DNA from: a virus
IMG/VR virus record: IMGVR_UViG_3300020198_000009
Span: 1 to 64,000 of that record
Direction: 5' to 3' (one strand)
DNA: 64,000 nt
The notes under the pieces are model-generated. The model was not told where the DNA came from. It saw only the letters and a list, made by a program, of their open reading frames with translations, and ran no database searches. Shown piece after piece: positions 17,040 through 27,285 of this stretch. The position numbers and the translations under genes are program-made. How positions within the stretch are numbered: position 1 is the stretch's first letter; each line of letters starts with the position of its first letter.

Positions 17040-17623
17040 TGCCAATCGTCAAGGGCACGGAACTCGTTGCCTGGCTCAGCACTGACCAGACGCGCAGGAA
17101 GCTGGCCGACGCCATCGAGAATGCGCTCAAGCCGGAAACCGACCTCACCGGCTCGCAGGACCTGTTCTTGCCGGGCGGCTTCCTGCCGAATCCCGCATAC
17201 AACAAGAACTACGGCAACCCAATCCTGACGCGCCCGGATCCGCTGAGGCACATCGACGAACGAACCGGTCGGGCTGTCGAAGCCGGCAAGGCGGATGAAC
17301 AACGCCCGCATGCCGCCGCCGATCTGACGACCGCCCTGCTGGACACCCTTAAAACCGCGTTGACGACGTTCGCACAAGAGACCGAGGTGCAGTTCAACGC
17401 CCTGGAGAACAGACACAACGAACTAGAGGCCAGACACAACGCCCTGCGCGCGGAGCACGACGCCCTCAAGGTGGCGTTCGACGAATTGGCCGCGAGACAC
17501 GGCGGGCATGTCCATACCTCGCTGGTCATCGACTGGCCCGGCGGCTTGCCGGTCCCGCACATTATCACGCCACTCGATATCTTGTGCCTGTTCCCGACCT
17601 CGCCACCGGTCGCTGCCGACTAA
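17039..17623 (+). CDS. Spike-tip-like structural protein with coiled coil and HxH motif
   Basis: PIVKGTELVAWL start, heptad repeat LENRHNELEARHNALRAEHDAL, GHVH and PTSPP at the C-terminus. Confidence 0.5.
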   Translation: MPIVKGTELVAWLSTDQTRRKLADAIENALKPETDLTGSQDLFLPGGFLPNPAYNKNYGNPILTRPDPLRHIDERTGRAVEAGKADEQRPHAAADLTTALLDTLKTALTTFAQETEVQFNALENRHNELEARHNALRAEHDALKVAFDELAARHGGHVHTSLVIDWPGGLPVPHIITPLDILCLFPTSPPVAAD

Positions 17624-17625
17624 CG

Positions 17626-20037
17626 ATGGCGTTTCGTTTCGCCCTCAAGGGGACGCTCAAGCAAGCGTTCCCTGGCTTCGCGCCCGTGGTCAACATCCTC
17701 GAACTGATCGCTGTACCGCTCGCGGCAATCGGCAGTGTCGCCGGTGCCGCAATCGCCGTCGTGGACACGGTTCTGGCCGTCGTTGGCTTCATCCTGAAAT
17801 TGGCTCTTGCCCTGGTCTCGGGAGCCGGTGACGCCCTGGCCGGCATGCGCACGCCCATCACGGCGCTCGCCGACGAGATCTTCCGGCTCAAGGACATGGC
17901 CGCCAACGGTGCGGTCAGCCAGTACAAGTTCGAGGGTCCCATTACCAGACTGACCGCCGAGCTGCGTCACTTCTTCCAGAAGGGCATTCCCAACTCCCGC
18001 GGCACCCCGGCGCAACCCATCAGGGCCATGATGGTAATTGCAACGGCCCGCGCATCCTTCCAAGGACTTGGCGGACTGCTCGGCAGCCAGAAGGCCCAAG
18101 GCAAGATGATCATCCGCGCACCGCTGGGAATGACCATGGTCTTCCCCAAGGGCGCCACCTTCACCCGCGGAACCGGCGGCAACCTCCGGAAATACCGGCT
18201 GGTCAACGAGAATGCCGCACCGCTCAAATTCGATCCGATCGGCAAGCAGATCAGAATCGACGCGGACGATATGCTGGAACTGATGGACCAGCGCGCCGTC
18301 GCAGCCGGATCCGTTCGGCTCACCGTGCATCAGAAGAGGGATCTGTACTTCGATCCGGCCTGGTACCTGAAGACCGATCGCCAGGTAGGTCAAGCCCGTG
18401 CCGGTGCCCGGGTGGACTTTGCCTTCGAGCAGGCACCGTTCGCCAGGCCAGCGGGAGAGATGGCGCATCCCGCCTTTGGCGCCTTTCATCGGATTCCCGC
18501 TGAAACCTTGCTTGACAACCCCGAGGCCGCCGGACAGTTCTACGTCGACCTGCCGGTACGCGCCGGACGCCCGGGTGCCAAGTACAACTTCCCGATCGGC
18601 ACTGGCACCGTCCTGCAAGAAAGCAAGGTAGGCACCCCACGGCTCGCCAGGCCGTCGACCGTCAAGGCACGCGGCAAGGCGCAAATCATCCTGAACCGCC
18701 ATACGGATGTCCACCTACACAAATGGCGAACGCTCCTGTTCAGCGGGGAGCAGATCTACCGCCTGGAAGCCCCAGAGTACGACGATGGGTTCATTGCGCC
18801 CGGATCGGCGCTCACCGAGATCCTCACGGCTTCGGGGGCGCGTTACGGCCTGGAAGTCGACATCGTCGCCACGCAGCCGGGCGCGAGCGCCAATCGCGCG
18901 GCTGGGGCCATGTTCAGCCATATCGACATCACACCGGTCCAGGAGGCGCGCGTGCTGGCCATCGTCGCCAGCTCCCCCATCGCGGGCGGCCAGGACGTTC
19001 CGGTCCCCGGCTTCGAGGAGGGCAACGCGATCTCCTGGGGCCTGCTGGGCCTGGCGGGCGGAATGGATCCCGAATACCCGGAGGCCTTCATCGAGCTGGA
19101 TATCGTCGCCTTCAGCGACAACCCGGAAATCCCCGACACCGACGAGAGTTTCAATTGCCCCAAGGGTGCCGAGTTCCGGTTCGGGTCGTCCTCGGAGCTG
19201 ATCAAGATGGAAGCCTCTACCGATATCGGCGGGGGAAGGCCGGCGCTGGCCAACAAGCCAAGCCCGCCCGTCGAGGGGACGGACTACGGCTGGGACCCGG
19301 CAAGGAAGCCCCCGCCGAGCAACCCGAGCTCCGCGGCGCAGCACGCGGCGATCGGCGACCTGCTCGGCCAGCTCGAATGGACCGAGGCGCGACTCCTGCT
19401 GCCGGGGCGTACCTGGATTTACCCGGATCAGCCGATTTCCGGCCTCGATCGCATCGAGGCCGACATCGTCCTGGGTAAGCTCCGGACCTACCTCAGGAAG
19501 GCACCGCGCAAGCCGTCGGAGCCGGATCTCATCCCGGTACCCAGGGCCAGCCAACCCCAGGCCTTCAAGATGGACTTCGAGGGTCGGGTGGCCATGGGGG
19601 TAGCCTTCTCGTTCCTGAACGCAGCCGTATCCGTACTCGACAACCTCCGTGGCTTCATGGACGAGGCTGTAACGATGCTGGCCGCCTGGGTCAACAAGAT
19701 GCTGAACTTCAAGATCCAGATAGAGCGAGTCATCTGGGGCTTCGACCAACTGAGGGCCGAAGTGCTCTTCACGGTCGCCCTGGCCTCCTGGCACCTGGAG
19801 CAGGTCAACTTCTTCCTGGGCTTCTCGACCGGCCTGTTCGAGCTGGGCGACTACTGGATCTTCAAATACGAGGGTCCGGCCTGCGATTTCGCGGACGACG
19901 CGGAATTCCTGCTTGGCAACGGCCTGCCCGATGATCCCGAGGGCGCCGCGCAAAAGGTCTTCGGCAAGATCATCGTGGCGGAGGACAAGGCCAGCTGGGC
20001 CATCATCTCGGCCCTGGTGGTAGGGGGCGATGCCTGA
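17626..20037 (+). CDS. Putative baseplate/tail structural protein
   Basis: Internal baseplate-J-like segments (V.IVATQPGASAN...PIAGGQD; LAGGMDPE); operon context. Confidence 0.5.
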   Translation: MAFRFALKGTLKQAFPGFAPVVNILELIAVPLAAIGSVAGAAIAVVDTVLAVVGFILKLALALVSGAGDALAGMRTPITALADEIFRLKDMAANGAVSQYKFEGPITRLTAELRHFFQKGIPNSRGTPAQPIRAMMVIATARASFQGLGGLLGSQKAQGKMIIRAPLGMTMVFPKGATFTRGTGGNLRKYRLVNENAAPLKFDPIGKQIRIDADDMLELMDQRAVAAGSVRLTVHQKRDLYFDPAWYLKTDRQVGQARAGARVDFAFEQAPFARPAGEMAHPAFGAFHRIPAETLLDNPEAAGQFYVDLPVRAGRPGAKYNFPIGTGTVLQESKVGTPRLARPSTVKARGKAQIILNRHTDVHLHKWRTLLFSGEQIYRLEAPEYDDGFIAPGSALTEILTASGARYGLEVDIVATQPGASANRAAGAMFSHIDITPVQEARVLAIVASSPIAGGQDVPVPGFEEGNAISWGLLGLAGGMDPEYPEAFIELDIVAFSDNPEIPDTDESFNCPKGAEFRFGSSSELIKMEASTDIGGGRPALANKPSPPVEGTDYGWDPARKPPPSNPSSAAQHAAIGDLLGQLEWTEARLLLPGRTWIYPDQPISGLDRIEADIVLGKLRTYLRKAPRKPSEPDLIPVPRASQPQAFKMDFEGRVAMGVAFSFLNAAVSVLDNLRGFMDEAVTMLAAWVNKMLNFKIQIERVIWGFDQLRAEVLFTVALASWHLEQVNFFLGFSTGLFELGDYWIFKYEGPACDFADDAEFLLGNGLPDDPEGAAQKVFGKIIVAEDKASWAIISALVVGGDA

Positions 20038-21506
20038 TGCCCGGTGTCAAGCCGTTCTGGATGAGCAGCGAGCTCGGTCGACTGGAAATCGAGAACGCCC
20101 CGATCGGCGGCCTGGCCACCGCGATCGAGAAGAAGGTGGCCGAAGCCGCCAAGCCGCTCAAGCTCGACCAGGCCAAATTGGCGGACATCCTGGAACGGGC
20201 GGGCGCCTGGTATGACGCCCAGGTCGACAACACCGCGCAGCCAATCGTCGACCTGCTCGACGCCAGCGCAGGGTACCTCGACGACACCTGGACGACGGGG
20301 ATTCACCTGTTCCTACCCTACCCGGACTACGGCGGCTTCGGCTATCTCCGCTCGGCCCTGCTCGAAGCCATGGATCGCCAGACGGATCCGAACCGACCGC
20401 TGTTCAGCGACGACCTGTACGCCGGCGGAATCCTCCTGGTCTTTGCCGGCAGCGAGCTTACCGTACTGTCGGCCATGGCCGCCGTCGCATCCCTTTATGG
20501 CGGCAGTCCGCAGGTAATCATGGAGGTCATCGGCGAACTCCTGCTCACCAGCGCCCCCATGGCCAAGCTCGCGGACGGCTTCATCGAACTGGCCAACACC
20601 CCGGCACAGCTCTGGTCCCAGGGCACCAGGGCGCTCGATGGCTGGTATCGGGGCTCGGTGATCTCGAAGATCGCATCAGGCGGCTTCCCGGCGGATTTGC
20701 TAGCCGCGGCGACAGCCCCGCCCGATCCGGTCACTCCGTCCCAGCTCCAGGAAGGCCGAACGGCCAACGTCACCCTGCGGGGCAAATTTCCGCCCAACCT
20801 GGTGCTGTTCTATGGCAATACCGGCTTGCGACCCTATTCGCAGGACACCGAACGCATCGAGATTTCGGTGCCGGGTCGACTCATCAAGGCCGGCAGGGGG
20901 CAGTTCATCGGGCGAACGCTTGACGGGGCGGGCAACCTTTCCCAGGAACGCGTCCTGCTCGGCGAAGTGAGCGTCTCGCCAAAGAACCCGTACGATGCCC
21001 TGCCAGATCCTGGCGATGACAAGGTCTTCGATTTCTGGCGGGCCATGTCGGTCGGGACGGCCGTCGGAAGCGCCTTCCCGGGATCGATCAGCTTGGTCAG
21101 GATGGCCGTCAATGCCATCGATCAAGCCGGCCAGGCCCTCACTGAAACCGGAAACATGGTCAAGAGCTCCGTACGGTCCATCGGCCAGGCGGCAAACGGC
21201 ATCACGGGCAAAGTCAATTCCTTGATCGACCAGGTCCCGCCCGCAGCGGCCAGCCTGGTCTCGAATCTGGGCACCGCGGCAGCCGCCACCCTGATCATTC
21301 CACCCGAGAAGGGCGGTATCCACCAACTGGGCTTCGCGCTCGGGCAGGGATTGTCCGACCACGCCCTCAACGCCCCGGACATCAGCGAATCCGATGTGGT
21401 CGGGGCGGTATTCCTGTGCGCGGGCGCCGCGACGACCGAAGAGGTCTACCGGGCCATGCGGCAGTTCGGCCAATCGTTCGGCATCACCGCGCTCGCCAAC
21501 CTTTAG
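20037..21506 (+). CDS. Putative virion structural protein
   Basis: Coupled operon in the baseplate cluster; internal duplicated GG..L...L....RP...VG.V motif. Confidence 0.45.
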   Translation: MPGVKPFWMSSELGRLEIENAPIGGLATAIEKKVAEAAKPLKLDQAKLADILERAGAWYDAQVDNTAQPIVDLLDASAGYLDDTWTTGIHLFLPYPDYGGFGYLRSALLEAMDRQTDPNRPLFSDDLYAGGILLVFAGSELTVLSAMAAVASLYGGSPQVIMEVIGELLLTSAPMAKLADGFIELANTPAQLWSQGTRALDGWYRGSVISKIASGGFPADLLAAATAPPDPVTPSQLQEGRTANVTLRGKFPPNLVLFYGNTGLRPYSQDTERIEISVPGRLIKAGRGQFIGRTLDGAGNLSQERVLLGEVSVSPKNPYDALPDPGDDKVFDFWRAMSVGTAVGSAFPGSISLVRMAVNAIDQAGQALTETGNMVKSSVRSIGQAANGITGKVNSLIDQVPPAAASLVSNLGTAAAATLIIPPEKGGIHQLGFALGQGLSDHALNAPDISESDVVGAVFLCAGAATTEEVYRAMRQFGQSFGITALANL

Positions 21507-21519
21507 GAGGGAACGACCC

Positions 21520-21909
21520 ATGGAGACCATCACGCAGCGGGACATCGTCGAGAAGCTCACCCGCAAGGACAAGCCCCTGATTGGGCCGACCACCCAGTTC
21601 GTCCTGATCCGGCCGGACGCGAACTTCCCCTCGCCACGCGACGGCTTGCTCACCGTGCAAATCAACCAGAGCGAATCGGCCAAGACCACGCGCTTCGAAA
21701 CCGACGGCCAATGGACCGACGGCGTGGCCGTCAGCTGGAGTGACGGCTGGACCAAGCAGCGTACCGTCGCCGACTGGTCCTACGTGGTCATCGAAAACGC
21801 CGTCAAACAGCAGGATGGCCGCAAGCTCGTGCAGACCTGCTACGCCAACGACAAGCCCCTGCTGCTGGCGTTGCGCGAAGCGGTAGGACTCCCACGAAGT
21901 CTGCGGTAG
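21520..21909 (+). CDS. Hypothetical protein
   Basis: RBS AGGAGG; METITQRDIVEK... Confidence 0.55.
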   Translation: METITQRDIVEKLTRKDKPLIGPTTQFVLIRPDANFPSPRDGLLTVQINQSESAKTTRFETDGQWTDGVAVSWSDGWTKQRTVADWSYVVIENAVKQQDGRKLVQTCYANDKPLLLALREAVGLPRSLR

Positions 21910-21931
21910 GACCCACCCGCCCGCCGCGAGC

Positions 21932-21938
21932 CTATAAT
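21932..21938 (+). promoter_or_regulatory. Putative late promoter CTATAAT
   Basis: One of 8 CTATAAT(T/C) boxes pointing into structural genes. Confidence 0.6.
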
Positions 21939-21978
21939 TTCCATGGAGGGCGCCCGGGCGTCCCACTTGGAGAGCTGC

Positions 21979-23109
21979 ATGGCGATCGACTTCTACGACG
22001 ACACGACCGGCGACATCCTGCGCCTCATCCTGGAAGAAAAGGGCGCCGCAGTCATTCCTGACTACGTGCGCGGCGACGACGCGCTGTATCCGGCCGAGGA
22101 GATCCGGCAATCCAAGGTCGCCTTCGCCTGGCCAGAGCGTAAGAAGTTCGCCCTCGACACCCGCGGGGACGTCTGGTTCTCGTGCATGTACTTCGAGAAG
22201 ACCGCCAGCCGCATCCCGTTCCAGCACCGCGAAGCCATCAGGGAGCGCATCGCCAAGGCTGCCGATCTTTTCGGGGTCGAACTACCGGCCGAGGAAGTCA
22301 AGGTCGCCATGATTCCCGACGAGGCATTCCTGGTGGTCCATCAGGTGGCCGGCGGCCACGAACTGGCCAAACGCGCCCACGACGCCATCGAGCATGACGA
22401 CCAGACCGTGACGCTGCGCCTGTACCCCGTCCACGACCGCGAGCATGCCGAGAAGTCCGCCATATGGTTCCCGCGCGACCTCTCGGGCGAGCTGGCAGGC
22501 TACCGCAAGAAAGTCGCCAACGGCCTGATGCAGGCCTGCGAACGATTCGCCCTCAACGCGCCCCTGGTCCTGGTCGACGAACTGGCGCCCATCAAACTCT
22601 CGACCCTGCTCTCGCACATCGAGGGGCGCATCAACATCCTGGCCGAGCAGGATCGCCGTGCCCAGAAGGCCGCGCGCTACACCGCGGGCGCCCAGGCGCG
22701 CGGCGTGACCTTGCCATACCCGATGCCCGATCAGCCGGCCGATCAGCGGCTGGCGGCCGGCTACCGGGAGCTCTTCAAGCAGGCGCAAGCCGACCCGCTA
22801 CCGGCCGGGTTCTGGGAAGCCTTCTGGCGCCTGGACAAGCTCGCCGGCTTCGACCTGCGCCCCGACGTGATGCCGGTAAGCGCCCTCGATCGGCCCATCT
22901 GCGACGACCAGCGCGTCAAGCTCTGCAAGGTGGCCGGCACCTTCCTGCCCATCAGCCAGGTCATCGACAAGGTTCCGGGCGAGACCTGGTCGGACATCGC
23001 CCCGGGGCTGGCCGGCAACCTCGCGGACCGGGCCAAGGTCGCCTCGGTCGTCGAGAGCCTCGACGACACGAGCCAGCGCATCATCCTCGCCAAGGTCCGG
23101 GGGTTCTAG
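21979..23109 (+). CDS. Putative head-associated protein with KxA motifs
   Basis: KVAFAWPERKKFAL and KVAMIPDEAFL...RLYPVHD repeats; many KxA sites; upstream of portal. Alternative start 21943. Confidence 0.5.
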   Translation: MAIDFYDDTTGDILRLILEEKGAAVIPDYVRGDDALYPAEEIRQSKVAFAWPERKKFALDTRGDVWFSCMYFEKTASRIPFQHREAIRERIAKAADLFGVELPAEEVKVAMIPDEAFLVVHQVAGGHELAKRAHDAIEHDDQTVTLRLYPVHDREHAEKSAIWFPRDLSGELAGYRKKVANGLMQACERFALNAPLVLVDELAPIKLSTLLSHIEGRINILAEQDRRAQKAARYTAGAQARGVTLPYPMPDQPADQRLAAGYRELFKQAQADPLPAGFWEAFWRLDKLAGFDLRPDVMPVSALDRPICDDQRVKLCKVAGTFLPISQVIDKVPGETWSDIAPGLAGNLADRAKVASVVESLDDTSQRIILAKVRGF

Positions 23110-23114
23110 TCGCC

Positions 23115-23873
23115 ATGGCGGATCCCCGCCAGGATGCCCCGCCGCCGACCGAGCGCGAGCGGCAGATTCGCCTGGTGGTCGGCACGCTCAACAACCTGGC
23201 CAACGCGGCAGAAGGCCGCAACCCGCGGCGGGCGCTCGAACGCGCGGTGTCCAAGTCGCTGGCGATGGCCACCGATCGCCATATCAAGCAGGAAGTCGAG
23301 GAAATCACCAAGGACGCCAATCTACCGGACGATGCCCTGGCGATTGCCACGCGCATCGAGGGCACCCTGGGGTCGGACTGGGTCGACTTCGAACCAGAGA
23401 CTCTCGTCGAGGCCGGCTTCTCACTCCAGGAGGCCGGCCTGGCCCTGTGCGCCAAGCTCGTGCTCTATTCCTGGGCGCCCTTTGCCTACTGGCATGTCTT
23501 CGAGAAGATAGCCGTAGCGCTCGCCGGGCGCCACCCGGACTTCACCCTCCCCCAGGAGCTGACCCTCGAAGAGCTGGCCTGGGCCGTCGACGTCATCCGC
23601 CTCATCGATCCGGCCACACCGTTCTCGGATGAAATCAATAGCTACGTCGCGTGCGTGGCCATCAACCAGGGCTGGGCGGTCCTGCCGGACGCCCTGGGCT
23701 TCGCCGGATCGGCCCTGCGGCGCTTCCAGAGCGATCATGGCCGCCAGGTCGCCGACCAGGTCCGGCGAGGCGAGGAGACCGACGTGGCCGAAATCCAACG
23801 CGAGCGGCTCGGGGTGCTGGACCGATACCTGATAGAGCGCCATAAGCGCCTGGCAGCGGCGCTGGTGACCTAG
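23115..23873 (+). CDS. Conserved phage protein upstream of portal
   Basis: DWVDFEPETL...W.PF..W.VFEK...AL...PDF..Q; real start is inside the listed ORF 22464. Confidence 0.6.
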   Translation: MADPRQDAPPPTERERQIRLVVGTLNNLANAAEGRNPRRALERAVSKSLAMATDRHIKQEVEEITKDANLPDDALAIATRIEGTLGSDWVDFEPETLVEAGFSLQEAGLALCAKLVLYSWAPFAYWHVFEKIAVALAGRHPDFTLPQELTLEELAWAVDVIRLIDPATPFSDEINSYVACVAINQGWAVLPDALGFAGSALRRFQSDHGRQVADQVRRGEETDVAEIQRERLGVLDRYLIERHKRLAAALVT

Positions 23874-23874
23874 C

Positions 23875-25989
23875 ATGTGGCCCGAGAGCACCCGCGGCGA
23901 CACCTGGGAGAGCACGGCGCTCTTCTCGCGCTCGGCCTTCCAGCGAACCATGCTGGCCGAGAGCCAGTTCCAGATGTTCGAGCTGCTCAATCTGCCGCGC
24001 TCGCTGAAGGACGGCTTCCGCTGGGCTCACTACGCGTTCTCGACCAACGACACGGTCAACCCGGCCATCGAGAAGCTGGCCGAGTACCCCATCACCGAGT
24101 GGTTGTTCACACCCGAGCTCGACATCGATCCCACCGACAAGAACTACCAGCAGAACCTCAAGAGCCGCGAGGCGGCCGTCAAGAGCTGGCGTGAACTGTT
24201 CAACATCCAGATCCAGGCTAAAACCTTCGCCATCAGTCGCGCGATGGATTTCCTGCTCTACGGCAACAGTTTCGTCAGCGTCTACCAGCCATTTGATCGC
24301 ATCCTGGTCTGCGGCCGCAAGGGCTGCCGCGAGCAGGTCCTGATCCAGAAGGCCGACTACGAGTGGGACAGGGCTCGACTGGAATTCAAGCTCAAGTGCA
24401 AGAAATGCAGTCATCGCGGCTTTGCCAAGGTCATCGACCGGCCGGTACGCGACTGGCGGCGCATCAATCTCATCCACTTCTATCCGGGCAACATCGACAT
24501 CGACTTCGATCCCTACTCGGGCGAGCGGCAATACTACTACCACATCCCCCAGGAAGAGGCCGACAAGCTGCGCGAGGGTAACAAGCTCAAGCTCCAGTTC
24601 ACGCCCTGGGAAATCATCCAAGCCGTCAAGATTGGCGGGCGTGGGCGCTCGGCCAGCCCCAAGATCCGGTTGCACAAGCACAACGTCTTCCACCTGGTCC
24701 GCCAGGGGCCGTCGCGGCCCGGAACCGAGAGCCCCTGGGGGGCCTCGACGGTCACGCCGGTGTTGCGCAGCCTCCTGTACCTGAACATGATGCGCCGGGC
24801 GCAGACCAGTTTGCTCATGGATCATGTCATCCCCTTCCGCTGGATCTTCCCGGCGCACGATACCGGCCCGCAGAGCACCATCGGGGCCGTGGACCTGGGG
24901 TCGTGGTCCCGGCGCATGAAGGGCGAGATCGAGAAGTGGAAGCGCGATCCGCTCTACATCATGATCGCGCCGGTCGCCGTCGGACAGGGACAGATGGGCG
25001 GAGACGGCAAGGCGCTGATGCTCTTCCCGGAGATGGACCAGGTCAGGCTCGACATCACCAGCGGCCTCAACGTCCCCCAAGAGTTCATTCGTGGCGGTTT
25101 GCAGTACACCGGCAGCTCGGTTTCCCTGCGCATGCTCGAAAACAGCCTCCTGAACATGGTCGAGCAGGTCGAGAAGTGCTTCAACTGGGTGGCCGGCCGC
25201 ATCAGCCAGATAACCGGCCTGGCCGCCATGAACGTCTCGCTCAAGCGCTTCAAGATGGCCGACGACGTCCAGATGCGCCAGCTCGCCGTGACGATGTGGC
25301 AATTGCGGGCGATCTCCGGCCAGGCGCTGGGGCAGATCATGGACTTCGACTACCTGTCCGAGATGCGCCAGCGCAATGCCGAGGACGTCGACGCGGCCGT
25401 CGCGACCGCCCGGGCCCAGGCCGAGGCTGCCGCCAAGCTCATGAGTCTCCAATTCCTGCTCCAGAACATCCTGCCCCCCGAGGCCCAGGCGACGGTCAAC
25501 CAGGCCGACCCCATGGCCGTCGATCAGGTCTACCAGGGCATCCGCCAGATGAAGCCCATGGACCAGGCCTTCGCTATCGGCCAGATAGTCCAGCAGAACC
25601 CCGAGATGGCCCGCATGCTCCAACAAAAAGCCATGTCCGACACCGGTAACTGGGCGTCGCAGTTCCAGGCCCTGGCTGCGATGAACCCCCAGCAGCAGCA
25701 GGACTACATGGCCCAGCTCAAGGCAAACAGTCCCATCATGGCCATGCTGATGGCCAACCTGGCCCGGCAGTTCGGCCTCGACAACCTCATCGGCGGCCAG
25801 GATCCCACCGGAGCCAAGGCCCAAGCCCAACCCGGCCAGCCGGCCATGCTACCCTCGGTGCAGGCCCAGCTGATGCCGCAAGGCCCCGCCTTACCGCCGG
25901 GGATGGGCGGACCACCGGCCACGCCAGGAGTCGAACCGCCCATGCCAGAGCAGAAGCCGCCGCGCCGCCAGGGCGGCAGCCCCATGTAG
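23875..25989 (+). CDS. Portal protein (Zn-finger insertion, Gln/Pro-rich C-tail)
   Basis: LP.SLK..FRW..Y; I.KL.EYPIT; D..LYGN.FVS; CxxxxC/CxxC insertion; WG......L; GLNVP.EFI.GG..Y.GSSVSLRMLEN. Confidence 0.75.
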   Translation: MWPESTRGDTWESTALFSRSAFQRTMLAESQFQMFELLNLPRSLKDGFRWAHYAFSTNDTVNPAIEKLAEYPITEWLFTPELDIDPTDKNYQQNLKSREAAVKSWRELFNIQIQAKTFAISRAMDFLLYGNSFVSVYQPFDRILVCGRKGCREQVLIQKADYEWDRARLEFKLKCKKCSHRGFAKVIDRPVRDWRRINLIHFYPGNIDIDFDPYSGERQYYYHIPQEEADKLREGNKLKLQFTPWEIIQAVKIGGRGRSASPKIRLHKHNVFHLVRQGPSRPGTESPWGASTVTPVLRSLLYLNMMRRAQTSLLMDHVIPFRWIFPAHDTGPQSTIGAVDLGSWSRRMKGEIEKWKRDPLYIMIAPVAVGQGQMGGDGKALMLFPEMDQVRLDITSGLNVPQEFIRGGLQYTGSSVSLRMLENSLLNMVEQVEKCFNWVAGRISQITGLAAMNVSLKRFKMADDVQMRQLAVTMWQLRAISGQALGQIMDFDYLSEMRQRNAEDVDAAVATARAQAEAAAKLMSLQFLLQNILPPEAQATVNQADPMAVDQVYQGIRQMKPMDQAFAIGQIVQQNPEMARMLQQKAMSDTGNWASQFQALAAMNPQQQQDYMAQLKANSPIMAMLMANLARQFGLDNLIGGQDPTGAKAQAQPGQPAMLPSVQAQLMPQGPALPPGMGGPPATPGVEPPMPEQKPPRRQGGSPM

Positions 25990-25992
25990 CGC

Positions 25993-26181
25993 GTGGGCCG
26001 CAAGAACCGCTTCAAGGCCGCAACCAGTTTATCCCGGGAACCTTCCCCCGCCTGCCAACACCTCTGGCAGACACACCAAACCATCAACGGCACCAAGTAC
26101 CAGTACTGCACGAAGAATTGCGGGGAATGGCGCTGGGTCCACACGCTCGATCCGCTTGAGGATGAGCCGGACTCCTGCTAG
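25993..26181 (+). CDS. Small Cys/His protein
   Basis: CQHLW...CTKNCG; fills the gap between portal and methylase. Confidence 0.45.
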   Translation: MGRKNRFKAATSLSREPSPACQHLWQTHQTINGTKYQYCTKNCGEWRWVHTLDPLEDEPDSC

Positions 26182-26195
26182 ACTGGTAGGACCAA

Positions 26196-27272
26196 TTGAA
26201 CTACATCGGCAGCAAGGCGGGCCTGGTGGGACCACTCATCACCCGGGCCATGGCCGAACTCGGTATCGCCCCGCCCGGGATCTTCGTCGACGCCCTGGCG
26301 GGTACCCATGCGGTCGGGCGCGCCATGCAACACGCCGGCTGGTCGGTCATCGCCAACGACCAGATGCGCTACAGTGAAGTCGTCGGCCGGGCCCTGCTGG
26401 GCACCAAGGTGTTGCCCTTCTCGGAGCTCGCCGGCAAGATCTTCCTGGCGGGCCTGCCGGGCGGAGCCCGCTCGCAGGCCGTCATCGCTCACCTGGCCGA
26501 GCAACTGGCAGACCCTGAAGCCCATTACATCGCGCGCATCCATGGCTCCTGGTTCCTTGACAAGTACTGCGAGGGCGGCTCCGGGGGGAGGCTGTACTTC
26601 TCGCGCGATAACGGCAAGCGCATCCAGATAGCCCGCTGGCTCATCGACGAGTGGCCCCTGACGGCTTACGAGCGCGACACGCTCATCTACGCGGTCATGC
26701 GCGGGGCCGACAAGGTAGCCAACACGGCCTCGGTGTTCTACACCTTCCTCAAGCAGCTGAAACCCAGCGCACGCAAGCCCCTGAAACTGGAGGCACCCTC
26801 GCTGGCCACCGGCCCGGAAGCCACGGTCCGCAAGATGGAGCTCATAGACTTCCTGCAAAACCTCGACGGGGCCACGGTGGTCTACATCGATCCGCCCTAC
26901 AACGCGCGTCAATACGCCCCCAACTACCACCTACTCGAAACCATCTGCTGCTGGGATGATCCGGTGGCCTTCGGCCGCGGCGGGTTGCGCGACTACTCGA
27001 CCCAGAAGAGCAACTGGTGTTACCGCTCGGCGGTCCACGACGAACTCGACACGGCGTGTTTACTGGCCCCTGCCCACTGGGTACTCCTGAGCTACTCGTC
27101 CGAGGGCCTCATGGAACGCCGGGAAATCGCCGACATCATGGGCCGCCACGGACCGGTGCGTATCTTCGAGCACGAGCACCCGCGCTTCCGGGCCGACAAC
27201 GACGGGCCACATCGGCAATATGCCCGGAACCGGACCGTCGTCGAGTACCTGTTCGCCCTCAGGAAACTCTGA
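26196..27272 (+). CDS. Adenine-specific DNA methyltransferase (D12 class, FokI-like)
   Basis: MNYIGSK, DALAGT..VG, IAND, RLYFS..N...I, YIDPPYN.RQY..NYHLLETI, LSYSSEG, EYLF. Confidence 0.88.
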   Translation: MNYIGSKAGLVGPLITRAMAELGIAPPGIFVDALAGTHAVGRAMQHAGWSVIANDQMRYSEVVGRALLGTKVLPFSELAGKIFLAGLPGGARSQAVIAHLAEQLADPEAHYIARIHGSWFLDKYCEGGSGGRLYFSRDNGKRIQIARWLIDEWPLTAYERDTLIYAVMRGADKVANTASVFYTFLKQLKPSARKPLKLEAPSLATGPEATVRKMELIDFLQNLDGATVVYIDPPYNARQYAPNYHLLETICCWDDPVAFGRGGLRDYSTQKSNWCYRSAVHDELDTACLLAPAHWVLLSYSSEGLMERREIADIMGRHGPVRIFEHEHPRFRADNDGPHRQYARNRTVVEYLFALRKL

Positions 27273-27285
27273 AAGGAGCCAAGCC

